Assembly: GCA_036257535.1 (NCBI GenBank)
Contig: DATAFJ010000137.1
Coordinates: 3,540 to 67,539 of the forward strand
Direction: 5' to 3'
Length of the DNA: 64,000 nt
Source of the DNA: Vicinamibacterales bacterium
Lineage (GTDB): Bacteria; Acidobacteriota; Vicinamibacteria; Vicinamibacterales; 2-12-FULL-66-21
Positions 1 through 12,347 of this stretch are shown piece after piece. Numbering within the stretch: the first letter of the stretch is position 1; every line of letters starts with the position of its first letter. The notes beneath the pieces are model-generated. The model was not told the origin of the DNA. It was given only the letters and a program-made list of their open reading frames with translations, and made no database searches. The translations under genes and the position numbers were made by a program.

Positions 1-378
1 GCGGGACACGCGATCGTCGGCCACGCGATCGTCCGCGACGATCCGTCCGCGGTGCGCCGCGTCCTGTACGAGCAGCTTGCGAGCGGCGACGCGCGCGTGA
101 TCATCACGACCGGCGGGACCGGCATCACGTCGCGCGACAGCACGTACGAGGCGATTGCCGGCCTGCTGGAGAAACGGCTCGACGGCTTCGGCGAGCTGTT
201 CCGGATGCTCAGCTACGAGCAGGTCGGCGCCGCGGCAATGTTGAGCCGGGCGTGCGCGGGAACCGCCCGCGGGCGCGCGATCTTCGCGCTGCCTGGCTCG
301 GAAGCCGCGGTCCGCCTCGCGATGACGAAGCTGATCCTCCCGGAGCTGGGCCACATCGTGCGGGAGCTGTCCCGTTAA
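1..378 (+). CDS. moaB: Molybdenum cofactor biosynthesis protein MoaB/Mog family (5' end outside window)
   Basis: Frame 1 is open from nt 1. Motifs [20 protein letters not shown] and LPGSEAAV are typical of MoaB/MogA. The TAA stop at 376-378 overlaps the moeA ATG (TAATG). Confidence 0.85.
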   Translation, partial: AGHAIVGHAIVRDDPSAVRRVLYEQLASGDARVIITTGGTGITSRDSTYEAIAGLLEKRLDGFGELFRMLSYEQVGAAAMLSRACAGTARGRAIFALPGSEAAVRLAMTKLILPELGHIVRELSR

Positions 379-1586
379 TGCGTCCGATTCAGCACACGAT
401 CTCGATTGACGAGGCGCTGACGATCGCCCTCGACGCAACGAAACCGATCGAGCGGACGGAGCGCGTGCGCCTCGAAGACGCGGATGGTCGTGTCGCGGCT
501 TCGGCGGTGACGGCACGCGCCGACGTGCCGCCGTTCGACCGCGCCGCGATGGACGGCTATGCGGTCGTGGCGGCCGACACGGCCGGCGCCGGCCGCAAGA
601 ACCCTCGCGCGCTGCGGTGCGTCGAGCGCGTCTACACGGCCGAGATCGCCCGGCGAGCGGTCGAGCCCGGCACGTGCATCGAAATCGCAACCGGGGCGCC
701 GATGCCGCAGGGCGCGAACGCTGTCGTGATGGTCGAGGAAACCGAGCGCGCGCGCGACGATCAGGTCCGGGTGATGAGTCCGGTTCATCCCGGCCAAAAC
801 GTCGGGAAGCGGGGCGCTGACATGCAAGCGGGCACGACCGTCGTTGAGCCCGGCACAGTTCTGAATCCAAGCCGCGTTGGCGCCCTCGCGTCGTGCGGCG
901 TCGTCGAGGTCGACGTCTACGCGCGCCCGCGCGTGGCGATCCTGTCGACCGGCAACGAGATCGTCGCGCCGGGGCATCCGCTGGCGCCCGGCCAGATTTA
1001 CGACGTCAATCGGTTTACGCTGTCGGCCGTGATCGGACGCCACGGCGGCACCGCCGTCCCGTACCCGACCGCGCCGGACTCGCTGCCGGAGATGGTTGCC
1101 GCGCTGGAACTGACGGCAAACGAAGACATCATCGTGTTCTCGGGCGGAAGCTCGGTCGGCGATCGCGATCTCGTGCTGGATCTGATGCGCGAGCGCGGCG
1201 AAGTGCTCTTCCACGGCATCGCCGTGAAGCCGGGCAAGCCCACCGCGCTCGGCCGCGTCAATGGCAGGCTCTTTCTCGGCATGCCGGGCTACCCGACGTC
1301 CTGCCTGTCGAACGGTTACATCCTGCTCGTGCCGATTCTTCGCCGCATGGCGCGGCTGCCCGCGTTTACACCAAAGACCGTGCCCGCGACGCTGGCGCGC
1401 CGGATCGTGTCCGCTCCGGGACGGCACCAGTTCTACACGGTGCGCGTCGACAACGGCACCGCGCATCCGGCCTTCAAGGCGTCGGGCGACATCACGAGCA
1501 TGTCCCAGGCGGACGGCTACATCGAGATTCCCGCGCAGACCGAGTTCGTCGAAGCCGGGACCGTGGTAGACGTCAGGCTGTTCTAA
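378..1586 (+). CDS. moeA: Molybdopterin molybdenumtransferase MoeA
   Basis: ATG at 378 gives [14 protein letters not shown]..., with PPFDRAAMDGYAV, ILSTGNEI, FSGGSSVGDRD and GLPGYPTS-like motifs of MoeA/gephyrin E. The tracked start at 252 would overlap moaB. Confidence 0.9.
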   Translation: MRPIQHTISIDEALTIALDATKPIERTERVRLEDADGRVAASAVTARADVPPFDRAAMDGYAVVAADTAGAGRKNPRALRCVERVYTAEIARRAVEPGTCIEIATGAPMPQGANAVVMVEETERARDDQVRVMSPVHPGQNVGKRGADMQAGTTVVEPGTVLNPSRVGALASCGVVEVDVYARPRVAILSTGNEIVAPGHPLAPGQIYDVNRFTLSAVIGRHGGTAVPYPTAPDSLPEMVAALELTANEDIIVFSGGSSVGDRDLVLDLMRERGEVLFHGIAVKPGKPTALGRVNGRLFLGMPGYPTSCLSNGYILLVPILRRMARLPAFTPKTVPATLARRIVSAPGRHQFYTVRVDNGTAHPAFKASGDITSMSQADGYIEIPAQTEFVEAGTVVDVRLF

Positions 1587-1590
1587 CCAG

Positions 1591-1702
1591 CCCTGAGCCT
1601 TGGGCTCTGAGCCTTGAGCTCTGAGCCCTGAGCTCTGAGCCCTGAGCTCTGAGCTCTGAGCCCAGGCCCCGGGCCCCCAGCCCAAGCCCTTGCGCCCCAG
1701 GC
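1591..1702. repeat. Tandem heptanucleotide array R1, about 16 units (CCCTGAG/CTCTGAG grading into CCCAGGC/CCCCAGC)
   Basis: Read directly: ccctgag ccttggg ctctgag ccttgag ctctgag ccctgag ctctgag ccctgag ctctgag ctctgag cccaggc cccgggc ccccagc ... It lies between the moeA stop and padR. Confidence 0.9.
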
Positions 1703-1727
1703 GGCCACGGCTGTATTGTTAAGCCTT

Positions 1728-1739
1728 CCTATATATAGG
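1728..1739 (+). promoter_or_regulatory. Perfect 12-bp AT-rich palindrome CCTATATATAGG upstream of padR (candidate -10/operator)
   Basis: Palindrome read in the sequence 13-24 nt upstream of the padR ATG, flanked by TGTAT...ATACA. The regulatory function is inferred only. Confidence 0.3.
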
Positions 1740-1751
1740 GAGCCTATACAT

Positions 1752-2076
1752 ATGTTCAGCGCGGAGCTGAAAAAAGGCAGCACGGAGATGTTGATTCTGT
1801 CGCTCCTCGAGGCGCGCGCGCGGCACGGCTACGAGATTGGAAAGCTGATCGAGCGCCGATCCAACGGGAAGCTGAAGTTTGCGCTGCCGTCGCTGTACCC
1901 GAAGCTCCTCCATTTGGAGAACCGCGGGTGGATCAAAGGCCGCTGGGTGGAGAAGGCGGGCGAGCGCCAGCGCTGCTACTACAAGCTGACAGCAGAGGGT
2001 CGACGCGTGCTCGCGGAGCAGCGTCGCACGTGGCGAGCCTACATCGCCGCGGTCAACGAGGTCATGGGGACCGGCG

Positions 2077-2084
<8 letters not shown>
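1752..2084 (+). CDS. PadR family transcriptional regulator
   Basis: MFSAELKKGSTEMLILSLLEARARHGYEI...LYPKLLHLENRGWIKGRW...YYKLTAEGR is a classic PadR winged helix. Its 3' end overlaps the next gene by 8 nt. Confidence 0.9.
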
Positions 2085-4763
<2,679 letters not shown>

Positions 4764-4767
<4 letters not shown>

Positions 4768-5228
4768 CGCTTACCTATCTTGCGCTGCCACTCGGGCTCG
4801 AGAACGTCAGCCGTGTGCAGATCGAAGGCGCCGGCGGTACGTTTGTATCGCCCTCGAAACTCGGTGTGGCATCGGTAGCAGACGGTGACATCGCCCAGCC
4901 GTCCGTAGACGACGAGATCGACGAGCACGGCTGCCGCAAGAATCCCGTATGCAATGAGATCGAGGCCGAACCAGTAGAAGATGCCGCTGATGAGCGCGCC
5001 AACAATCACGACGGTCAAACCGAGCTTCGGATCGAAATCCTTGCGGACGTAGAAGTCTGATCCCAGACAGAGCGGGCAGGCGTCGACGGCTCGATCGTCG
5101 CGAACCGCGCTGGTGACGTGGACTGACATCTCCCGCGAGCAACGGCCGCAACGCACGCCGCCAGGCGGTTGTGCGGCGTCGACCGGCAGCCTTGCGCCGC
5201 AGCCCGGGCAAATCAGCGTTATCTGCAC
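4764..5228 (-). CDS. Hypothetical zinc-ribbon membrane protein
   Basis: CPGC...CGRC and CPLC...CYRC cysteine pairs flank two hydrophobic helices. No family recognised. Its stop shares the CTAG tetranucleotide with the convergent permease stop. Confidence 0.55.
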
Positions 5229-5232
5229 GACG

Positions 5233-6042
5233 CTACAGCGGCAGCGACGTTTCCATCAGCAGATATTTCGCGAGCACCTCGCCGACGATCACCGTGAAAA
5301 AGTCGACATAGAGAATGCCGGTCGCCGACTGGGTGGACCGGATCTTCGCCGTCTCCCACGTCAACCAGCCCAGAACGGCCGGTCCCGCGAGGCCGAACAG
5401 GACCCGCTGCCAGAGAAACACGCCGGCGGCCGAGGTTGCGTAATGCGCCAGATCGATTTTGGCGGCCATCAGGCCGCCCGCGACCGCCGCCACGACGCCG
5501 GCGACCAGGATGACTCGCGCGATGAGCGACGTGAGATGGAACCGGACAATGCGCTGAAGAAGACCGATCTCCATGGACGGCAGGATGAGGTACCAATGGC
5601 CGAGGACCATGGCGGTGCAGGCGCCGCCGAGCAGCGCGGCCGACGTAACGAAGCTCGCGGCGGTGAGGCCGCGGACGACCATGCTTCCTGACGGCCAGGA
5701 CATCACCAGCGCGTGGACGAGTATCGCCCCCGCGCCAGCGAGAAGCGCAGCCCAGAGAAACACCGGACGAAGCGCCGCGAGCGCGCGGCCGATCGTCGCC
5801 CAGTACAACGTCAGGCCTGCGATCGTCGCGTAGAGCAGCCACAGACCCACACCCCAGACGAGATCGATCCCGGTCGAGTCGGGCGGCTTCGGCCGCAGCG
5901 CCGCCGCCGCAACGAGCAGCAACGCGGCCAGGCCGGCGTTGAAGCGGAAGAACTTCACGCCGGCTTCTCGTCGGACGAGCAGCAGCGTCCACGCGATGCC
6001 GATGCCGAGGTGCGCGAGGAAGAGGAAGAGGATGAATGACAA
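5233..6042 (-). CDS. Hypothetical polytopic membrane protein
   Basis: 269 aa with about 8 hydrophobic segments. The TTG start at 6042 directly abuts repeat array R2, and the next in-frame start would delete the first helix. Confidence 0.6.
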   Translation of the reverse strand: MSFILFLFLAHLGIGIAWTLLLVRREAGVKFFRFNAGLAALLLVAAAALRPKPPDSTGIDLVWGVGLWLLYATIAGLTLYWATIGRALAALRPVFLWAALLAGAGAILVHALVMSWPSGSMVVRGLTAASFVTSAALLGGACTAMVLGHWYLILPSMEIGLLQRIVRFHLTSLIARVILVAGVVAAVAGGLMAAKIDLAHYATSAAGVFLWQRVLFGLAGPAVLGWLTWETAKIRSTQSATGILYVDFFTVIVGEVLAKYLLMETSLPL

Positions 6043-6126
6043 GTGGGGCGTGGGGCGTGGGCTCGGGGCTCGGGGCGTGGGGCTCGGGGCCTGGGCCCTA
6101 TGCCCCAGGCCCTATGCCCCAGGCCC
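6043..6126. repeat. Tandem heptanucleotide array R2, about 12 units (GTGGGGC/CGGGGCT then TATGCCC/CAGGCCC)
   Basis: Read directly. The G-rich left half and C-rich right half are partly self-complementary (ggggcctggg / cccaggcccc). It fills the whole sod to membrane-gene spacer. Confidence 0.9.
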
Positions 6127-6728
6127 TACTTGCCGAATTGCTTATTCACGGCGTCCCAGTTGACGACGTTCCACCACGCGGCGATGTAGTCGGGACGGCG
6201 GTTTTGATACTTGAGGTAGTACGCGTGCTCCCAGACGTCGAGCCCGAGGATCGGCTTCTTGCCCTCCATCAGCGGGCTGTCCTGGTTGGCCGAGCTCTCG
6301 ATGACGAGCTTGCCGCCGGCGTCGATGAGCCACGCCCAGCCGCTGCCGAACCGGCCGACGCCTGCCTTCGCAAACTGTTCCTTGAACTGATCGACGCCGC
6401 CGAACGCCGCCTTGATGGCGTCGCCGATCGCGCCCTTCGGCTCGGCGGATCCGCCCGGCGCCATGAGCTCCCAGAAGATCGTGTGGTTTGCGTGGCCGCC
6501 GCCGTTGTTGCGCACGGCGGTCCGGATGTCCTCCGGCACGCTGTTGATGCCGCGCAGCAGATCCTCGATCGACTTCTGCTGGAGGTCGGGATGCTTCTCC
6601 AGCGCAGCGTTGAGGTTGTTTACGTAGGTCGCGTGGTGCTTGTCGTGATGGATCCGCATCGTCTGCTCGTCGATATGCGGTTCCAGCGCGTTGTAGTCAT
6701 AGGGCAGCGGGGGAAGCTCGTGCGCCAC
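6126..6728 (-). CDS. sod: Fe/Mn superoxide dismutase
   Basis: [32 protein letters not shown]...[18 protein letters not shown] is canonical for the Fe/Mn-SOD family. Confidence 0.95.
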   Translation of the reverse strand: MAHELPPLPYDYNALEPHIDEQTMRIHHDKHHATYVNNLNAALEKHPDLQQKSIEDLLRGINSVPEDIRTAVRNNGGGHANHTIFWELMAPGGSAEPKGAIGDAIKAAFGGVDQFKEQFAKAGVGRFGSGWAWLIDAGGKLVIESSANQDSPLMEGKKPILGLDVWEHAYYLKYQNRRPDYIAAWWNVVNWDAVNKQFGK

Positions 6729-6807
6729 GATGAATCTCCTTGCGGTGATGGTCCAGCTAGGGCTGGACGCTTGTCCGGCTAACGCCGGACGCCACGTGAG
6801 AGGTATG

Positions 6808-7938
6808 TTAGGAGATCGTGAGCATGCGGTCGAGCGCGACTTTGGCCCAGTGCTTTGTCGGCTCGGCCACGACGATCTGGTTGTGGATCTGCCCGTCTAT
6901 GAGGCCTTCGAGCACCCACAGCAAGTGGTTCGGCGACACGCGGAACATCGTCGAGCACAGGCAGCCGAACGGATCAAGCGTGGAGACCGTCCGCGACGGC
7001 GCGAGCTGGCTCGCGAGACGATTCACGAGGTGGATCTCCGTGCCGATCGCCCAGATCGATCCTTCGGGGCTCGCCGTCACGGTCTTGATGATGTATTCGG
7101 TCGAGCCCGAATCGTCCGCAGCCTGAACGACGTCGAACGTGCACTCCGGGTGTACGATCACGCGACCTTCGGGATGCTCCTGCCGGAAGCGCGCAATCTG
7201 CTGCACGCTGAACCGGGTGTGCACCGAGCAGTGGCCCTCCCAGAGAATCAAGCGTGCACGCTGGACATCCTCAGGCGACAGGCCACCCCACACTTCGTTC
7301 GGATCCCAGACCACCATTTCCTCGAGCGGCACACCCATCTTGTAGGCCGTGTTGCGCCCGAGATGCTGGTCGGGCAGCATCAGCAGCTTCTCCCCGCGTT
7401 CCCACGCCCAGCGCATCGTCGCCGCCGCGTTCGACGACGTGCAGACGACGCCGCCGTGTTCGCCGCAGAAGCCCTTGATGGAAGCGGCGGAGTTTATGTA
7501 CGTGACGGGAACGACGGAACCCGCGCCCATCTCCGCAAGCTCGCGCCAGCACAGCTCGAGCTGATCGACCGCGGCCATGTCGGCCATCGAGCAGCCGGCT
7601 GCGAGGTCCGGAAGAATTACTTTCTGGTGCGGTCCGCTCAGGATGTCCGCGCTCTCGGCCATGAAATGCACGCCGCAGAAAACGATGAACTCGGCGTCGT
7701 GGCGGCTGGCGGCCTGGCGTGAGAGCTTGAAGGAATCGCCGGTGAAGTCGGCGAACTTGATGACCTCGTCGCGCTGGTAGTGATGGCCGAGGATGACGAG
7801 GCGCTCGCCGAGGGAAGCGCGGGCGGCCGCGATTCGAAAATCCATCTCCTCGTCGGGCAGACCGAGATACCGCTCGGGGAGCGACTGCCGCTCGCCGATC
7901 TGGGTTTTCTCGTAGTCCGTCAGGAGTTGGACGTTCAT
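6808..7938 (-). CDS. nadA: Quinolinate synthase NadA
   Basis: [43 protein letters not shown] and HPEC are NadA motifs. Confidence 0.9.
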   Translation of the reverse strand: MNVQLLTDYEKTQIGERQSLPERYLGLPDEEMDFRIAAARASLGERLVILGHHYQRDEVIKFADFTGDSFKLSRQAASRHDAEFIVFCGVHFMAESADILSGPHQKVILPDLAAGCSMADMAAVDQLELCWRELAEMGAGSVVPVTYINSAASIKGFCGEHGGVVCTSSNAAATMRWAWERGEKLLMLPDQHLGRNTAYKMGVPLEEMVVWDPNEVWGGLSPEDVQRARLILWEGHCSVHTRFSVQQIARFRQEHPEGRVIVHPECTFDVVQAADDSGSTEYIIKTVTASPEGSIWAIGTEIHLVNRLASQLAPSRTVSTLDPFGCLCSTMFRVSPNHLLWVLEGLIDGQIHNQIVVAEPTKHWAKVALDRMLTIS

Positions 7939-7998
7939 GGTCGTGGTACGTGCCCTCCACGGGCCTCTAGGCCGCTTGTGAAAAAATTCTCAAGCTAC

Positions 7999-9114
7999 TT
8001 ATTGTACCACGTTGTAGAGGGTGTCGCGCTCCACTGGCTCGCGGCCCGCCGCCCGGATGAGGCGGCGGATCTCGCCGGTCGTCATCGCCTCCGGCGTTCG
8101 AGCTCCCGCCATGTGGTAAATCCGCTCTTCCTGGACGGTTCCGTCGAGATCGTCGACGCCAAACCAGAGTGAGGTTTGCGCGACCTCGACGCCGGTCGCG
8201 ATCCAGAAGGCCTTGACGTGCGGGATGTTGTCGCACATCAACCGCGCGACGGCGTGCACCCGCAGCGTGTCGGCCGCCGACGGCGCCGGGAGCTTGCGCA
8301 TCTGGTTGTTGTCCGGATGGAATGCCAGCGGGATGAACGCCTGGAAGCCTCCGGTCTCGTCCTGGAGCGCGCGCGCCCTCATCATGTGATCGACGCGCTC
8401 CTCCGCCGTCTCGATGTGCCCGTACAGCATCGTCACGTTCGAGCGCATGCCGAGGCGATGGGCGAGACGATGGATGGAGAGCCAGCGATCGGCATCCGCC
8501 TTGTCGTGACAAATCTTGCCGCGCACGCGCTCGGCGAAGATCTCGGCGCCGCCGCCCGGGAGCGAGTCGAGGCCCGCCGCCATCAGCTCGCGAAGCACCT
8601 GCTCGTCCGATATTCCGTAGAGATCCGCGAAAAAGGCGATCTCGACGGCGGTGAAACACTTCAAGTGAATGTCCGGACGGATGCGCTTCAGACCGCGCAG
8701 CATCTCCGTGTAGTAATCGAACGGCAGCTCGGGATGCAGCCCGTTGACGACGTGGATCTCGGTGAGCGGCTGGTCGGCGCGGCTCCGCAGCTTGTCCCAG
8801 ACTTCCTCGAGCGACATCGTGTACGCGTCCTTGTCGCCCGGTTTGAGACGGGCGAACGCGCAGAAGAGGCAGCTCGCCACGCAGACATTCGTCGCTTCGA
8901 TCCGGATGTTGTAGTTGTAGTAGGTCCTGCCGTCGTGCCGCCGCTCGCGCTCGCGGTTCGCGAGCCAGCCCAGCGCGAACAGATCGGGTGTTTCGAAGAG
9001 CCTCACACCGTCGCGAAGATCCAGTCGCACGCCTGCTTGGAGCTTCCCGGCGATGTAAGAAAGCCCGGCATCGGCGATTCGCTGCGTGAGTTCCGCGTGT
9101 TCCGCGGCGAGCAT
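7999..9114 (-). CDS. Radical SAM menaquinone (futalosine pathway) enzyme, MqnE/MqnC family
   Basis: The CxxxCxxC cluster (NVCVASCLFCAF) and the whole-length pattern (HVVNGLHPELPFDYY, LDSLPGGGAEIF, TMLYGHIET, AFIPLAFHP, VDDLDGT) are typical of MqnC/MqnE. I cannot separate the two by eye. Confidence 0.8.
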   Translation of the reverse strand: MLAAEHAELTQRIADAGLSYIAGKLQAGVRLDLRDGVRLFETPDLFALGWLANRERERRHDGRTYYNYNIRIEATNVCVASCLFCAFARLKPGDKDAYTMSLEEVWDKLRSRADQPLTEIHVVNGLHPELPFDYYTEMLRGLKRIRPDIHLKCFTAVEIAFFADLYGISDEQVLRELMAAGLDSLPGGGAEIFAERVRGKICHDKADADRWLSIHRLAHRLGMRSNVTMLYGHIETAEERVDHMMRARALQDETGGFQAFIPLAFHPDNNQMRKLPAPSAADTLRVHAVARLMCDNIPHVKAFWIATGVEVAQTSLWFGVDDLDGTVQEERIYHMAGARTPEAMTTGEIRRLIRAAGREPVERDTLYNVVQ

Positions 9115-9129
9115 CAGATCATTCTGGCA

Positions 9130-9138
9130 TGCTATACT
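9130..9138 (+). promoter_or_regulatory. Candidate extended -10 promoter element (TGcTATACT) for the riboswitch-led operon
   Basis: TGCTATACT was read just upstream of the riboswitch core. No clear -35 element was seen. Confidence 0.35.
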
Positions 9139-9144
9139 TCGCGG

Positions 9145-9298
9145 TTACAAACGACGCTCGCCCGCGGCCGGGGGAAGTGGGTGCGAAGCCCACGCGGTGC
9201 CGCCACTGTATGCGAGGCTGCAAGCCTCGCGAGTCAGGATACCCGGCCGACGGCGCGTCCTCCCATCGCACGGCGCGTTGCACGCCGGAAGGAGGCCA
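9145..9298 (+). promoter_or_regulatory. Cobalamin (B12) riboswitch
   Basis: The conserved core GGGGAAGTGGGTGCGAAGCCCACGCGGTGCCGCCACTGT is followed by the B12 box AGTCAGGATACCCGGCC. A downstream CCTCC (9259-9263) can pair with the GGAGG Shine-Dalgarno at 9291-9295 of the receptor gene. Confidence 0.8.
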
Positions 9299-11566
9299 GT
9301 GGCCAAGACTCTTCGCGTTCCTCTTCTTCTCTCTGTCGCAATTCACGCAGCTTTTCTCCTGGTGCCTGTGTCGGCGGCGGCCGCGGGTCTCCGCGGCCGC
9401 GCGCTCGACCCCGAGGGACAGCCAGTCCCCGGTGCGGCGATCCTCGTCACGCGCGGCTACGAAATCGTCGCGCAAACGACAACCGACTCGCGCGGCGAGT
9501 TCGCGATTGGCGATCTCACCGGAGACGGCCTGCTCGTCGCGGCGTCGCGCGACGGCCTTCGCGCGGCGGCCGTTCCAGTTGATCTCGATGGTGGAACCGA
9601 GCGCGAGATTACGCTCAGGCTCGAGATAAGCGCGATCTCCGAGTCGGTAATCGTTTCCGCGGCGCAGGTCGACGTGCCGCTGACGCGCGTCGCGGACAGC
9701 GTCACGGCGATCGATGCGGCGGCCCTCGAGGCGCGCCAGATCGACACGCTCGCGGATGCCATGCGGCTCGTTCCCGGCGTCGCGGTGAGTCGATCGGGAT
9801 CGGCCGGCGGACTGACGTCGCTGTTTCCACGCGGCGGCGAATCGGACTACACGCTGGTGCTCATCGACGGCGTCGCGACGAACGCGTTCGGCGGAGGCTA
9901 CGACTTCGCGCATCTCGGGTCGGCCGGCGTCGAGCGGCTCGAGGTCGTGCGCGGCCCGCAGAGCGCGCTGTATGGAGGCGGCGCGATCGGGGCCGTCGTC
10001 TCGGTCGTGAGCCGGCGTGGGGATCCTGCCCGGGTAGACGGTTCGATCGAGGGGGGCGGGATGGACACCTGGCGCGTGGACGGCAGCGCCGCGGGCATGC
10101 ACGACGGATGGGCCGGCAGCATCGCGGCGGAGCGGTTCGAGAGCGAAGGCTTCACCGGCAGTGCGCCCGCCACCGGGGAGGTCGTGAGCAACGAGGACTA
10201 CACGCGCCACTTCTTCACGGGCGGCGGGGGCTGGCACGGCGCACGGGGCGCCGCCGTCGAGAGCCGCGTGCGAGTTGCGGGGAACGAGCGCGGATTCCCG
10301 GGTCCGTATGGTTCGAATCCGGCCGGCAACTACGGCGGTGTCGATCGCGTCTCGCGCGGCATGAATGACGAGCTGCTGTTTTCGATCGACGGGCGCGTGC
10401 CAACCGGCGAGCGCTGGCGTCACCGCGTGCTCGTCACCTTCTCGGATCTCGATAGCGAGTTCATCAGCATCTTCGATCCGGACAACCCGACCCAATCCGA
10501 AAGTCAGAGAGTGACGGCGCGATTCCAGTCGGATGTCGACGTGTCCGTTCCTCTGGGAGTCAGCGTTGGCCTCGAGTTCCAGCGCGAGCAGGCGCGCAGC
10601 ACGTTCATAACCGGCGAAATCTCGCAGGAGATTCCGATCGACCGGGACATCGCGGGCTACTTCGGCGAAGCGCGATATACGGCCGGCCGCCTCGCCGCGA
10701 CGGCAGGCGTACGCGTCGAACACATTCGCCGGGATGCGCTCGAAGGCGATCCCAACGCCTTCCAGCCGCGGCCCACATTCGACGAGGATACCGTCTGGTC
10801 AACGAACCCGCGGGTGTCCGCGCTCTGGCTGCTGCGCAGCCCGGACGATTCCGGATGGACGAAGCTGCGCGCGTCGGCAGGAACAGGCATCCGCCCGCCG
10901 ACGGCGTTCGAGATCGCGTTCACGGACAACCCGGGGCTGCAGCCGGAGCGCAGCGTCAGCTTCGACGGGGGCATCGAGCACGCCTTCGCCAGGGGCGCCG
11001 CGGTTGCGTCGGCGACGTTCTTCTTCAACGACTACGACGATCTGATCGTGGCCGTCGGCCGATCGTTCGCAGACGCCAGCCGATACCGTACGGACAACAT
11101 CGCGAACGCGCGGGCGCGTGGCCTCGAGATCGCGGCATCGTGGCGCGCACGCGGCGTCGCCGTCAGCGGCAACTACACGTTCCTCGATACCGAGATTCTT
11201 TCCGTGGATCGCGCGCCCGGCCAGGCGCCGTCCCCCTTCGAAGTCGGCGACCCATTGATTCGCCGCCCGCGCCACCAGGGTGTCGTCGACGTTACGGTCA
11301 GGCGAGGCCGGCTGACGGCATTCACGGTTGGCACCGCGCGCGGCGAAGTGCTTGACGTCGAGCCATCGTTCGGCGCAAGCGGCGGCCTGTTCGAAGCGCC
11401 AGGCTACCTCGTGATGTCGGCCGGCGCGTCGTTCCTCATCACGCGCGGCGTGAGCGCTTACGCGCGCGTCGCGAACCTCTTCGACGAGGACTACGAGGAG
11501 GCGTACGGTTTCCCGTCGCCCGGCCGTACGGGTTTCATCGGGGTGCGTGTTGCTGTCAGCAAGTAA
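9299..11566 (+). CDS. TonB-dependent receptor with N-terminal CarboxypepD_reg domain (BtuB-like by context)
   Basis: GTG at 9299 follows GGAGG and gives a signal peptide MAKTLRVPLLLSVAIHAAFLLVPVSAAAAG. This is followed by a carboxypeptidase-regulatory fold, a plug (VTAIDAAALEARQIDTLADAMRLVPGV) and a beta-barrel. It sits downstream of the B12 riboswitch. Confidence 0.85.
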   Translation: MAKTLRVPLLLSVAIHAAFLLVPVSAAAAGLRGRALDPEGQPVPGAAILVTRGYEIVAQTTTDSRGEFAIGDLTGDGLLVAASRDGLRAAAVPVDLDGGTEREITLRLEISAISESVIVSAAQVDVPLTRVADSVTAIDAAALEARQIDTLADAMRLVPGVAVSRSGSAGGLTSLFPRGGESDYTLVLIDGVATNAFGGGYDFAHLGSAGVERLEVVRGPQSALYGGGAIGAVVSVVSRRGDPARVDGSIEGGGMDTWRVDGSAAGMHDGWAGSIAAERFESEGFTGSAPATGEVVSNEDYTRHFFTGGGGWHGARGAAVESRVRVAGNERGFPGPYGSNPAGNYGGVDRVSRGMNDELLFSIDGRVPTGERWRHRVLVTFSDLDSEFISIFDPDNPTQSESQRVTARFQSDVDVSVPLGVSVGLEFQREQARSTFITGEISQEIPIDRDIAGYFGEARYTAGRLAATAGVRVEHIRRDALEGDPNAFQPRPTFDEDTVWSTNPRVSALWLLRSPDDSGWTKLRASAGTGIRPPTAFEIAFTDNPGLQPERSVSFDGGIEHAFARGAAVASATFFFNDYDDLIVAVGRSFADASRYRTDNIANARARGLEIAASWRARGVAVSGNYTFLDTEILSVDRAPGQAPSPFEVGDPLIRRPRHQGVVDVTVRRGRLTAFTVGTARGEVLDVEPSFGASGGLFEAPGYLVMSAGASFLITRGVSAYARVANLFDEDYEEAYGFPSPGRTGFIGVRVAVSK

Positions 11567-12347
11567 CATCGTCTTTTCGTACGAGGAACGAAGCACGACG
11601 CTCCGTGGTGTCTCGGTAACCTGCGCGCCGGGAGACTTCGTCGGCATCCTCGGGCCGAACGGGTCCGGCAAGACGACGCTGCTGCGTGCGCTCGGCGGGC
11701 TGATCCGGCCGGCGTCGGGAGCGGTCAGGCTGGACGACGTGGGGCTGTCGAAGCTGGGGCGCGCCGCGGCCGCTCGCCGCATCGCAGTCGTGCCCCAGGA
11801 GATCCACCCGGCGTTCGACTACTCGGTGATCGAAATGGTCCTGATGGGGCGCTACCCGCATCTCGGCCGCTTCGCGCTGGAGTCCCCGCGGGATTTCGAG
11901 ATCGCCCGGGCGGCGCTCGCGGCGACCGGAACGTTGGAGCTGGAGGATCGCCTGTTTTCGACGCTCTCGGGCGGCGAAAAGCAGCGCGTCGTGATTGCGT
12001 CGGCGCTCGCGCAGATCGAGGGGCAGCCCGGATCCTACCTGCTCCTCGACGAACCGACCGCGTCGCTCGATCTCGGGTTTCAACTCGAGGTCGCATCGGT
12101 CGTCCGGAAACTCGCCGAGGAACGCCGGATCGGACTCGTCCTCTCGACCCACGACTTGAACCTGGCGGCTGGCCTCTGTCGCACTCTCGTCGTCCTGAAA
12201 GCCGGCGAAGTGATCGCTTCAGGGCCGACGGCAGACGTCCTGACGCCCGCACTCATCCGTCGTCTGTACGGCGTCGAGAGCGAGATCGCGCCGCATCCGA
12301 GAACCGGAAGGCTCGTCGTCGTTCCGATCTCGCGCGAGGCGCCGTGA
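11547..12347 (+). CDS. ABC transporter ATP-binding protein (FecE/BtuD family)
   Basis: Walker A GPNGSGKTT, signature LSGGEKQRV and Walker B LLLDEPT. Confidence 0.9.
   Translation: MLLSASNIVFSYEERSTTLRGVSVTCAPGDFVGILGPNGSGKTTLLRALGGLIRPASGAVRLDDVGLSKLGRAAAARRIAVVPQEIHPAFDYSVIEMVLMGRYPHLGRFALESPRDFEIARAALAATGTLELEDRLFSTLSGGEKQRVVIASALAQIEGQPGSYLLLDEPTASLDLGFQLEVASVVRKLAEERRIGLVLSTHDLNLAAGLCRTLVVLKAGEVIASGPTADVLTPALIRRLYGVESEIAPHPRTGRLVVVPISREAP

Noticed and set aside
252-377. Upstream extension of moeA to the tracked start at 252
   Set aside because: It would overlap moaB by 127 nt and add an Arg/Pro-rich non-homologous leader. The ATG at 378 in a TAATG junction gives the conserved MoeA N-terminus.
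375-1685. 436-aa minus-strand ORF antisense to moeA. Similar long antisense ORFs occur elsewhere, for example 9119..10723, 20465..22051, 32447..33448, 33820..34873, 37685..38893, 41318..42163, 47816..48655 and 61793..62875.
   Set aside because: These are Arg/Ala/Gly/Pro-rich low-complexity translations lying opposite well-supported conserved genes. They are the usual shadow ORFs of high-GC DNA with few stop codons.
6750-6790. Hairpin GTCCGGC-taac-GCCGGAC between nadA and sod as an intrinsic terminator
   Set aside because: It has a short stem and no U-tract on the transcribed strand, so there is not enough support.
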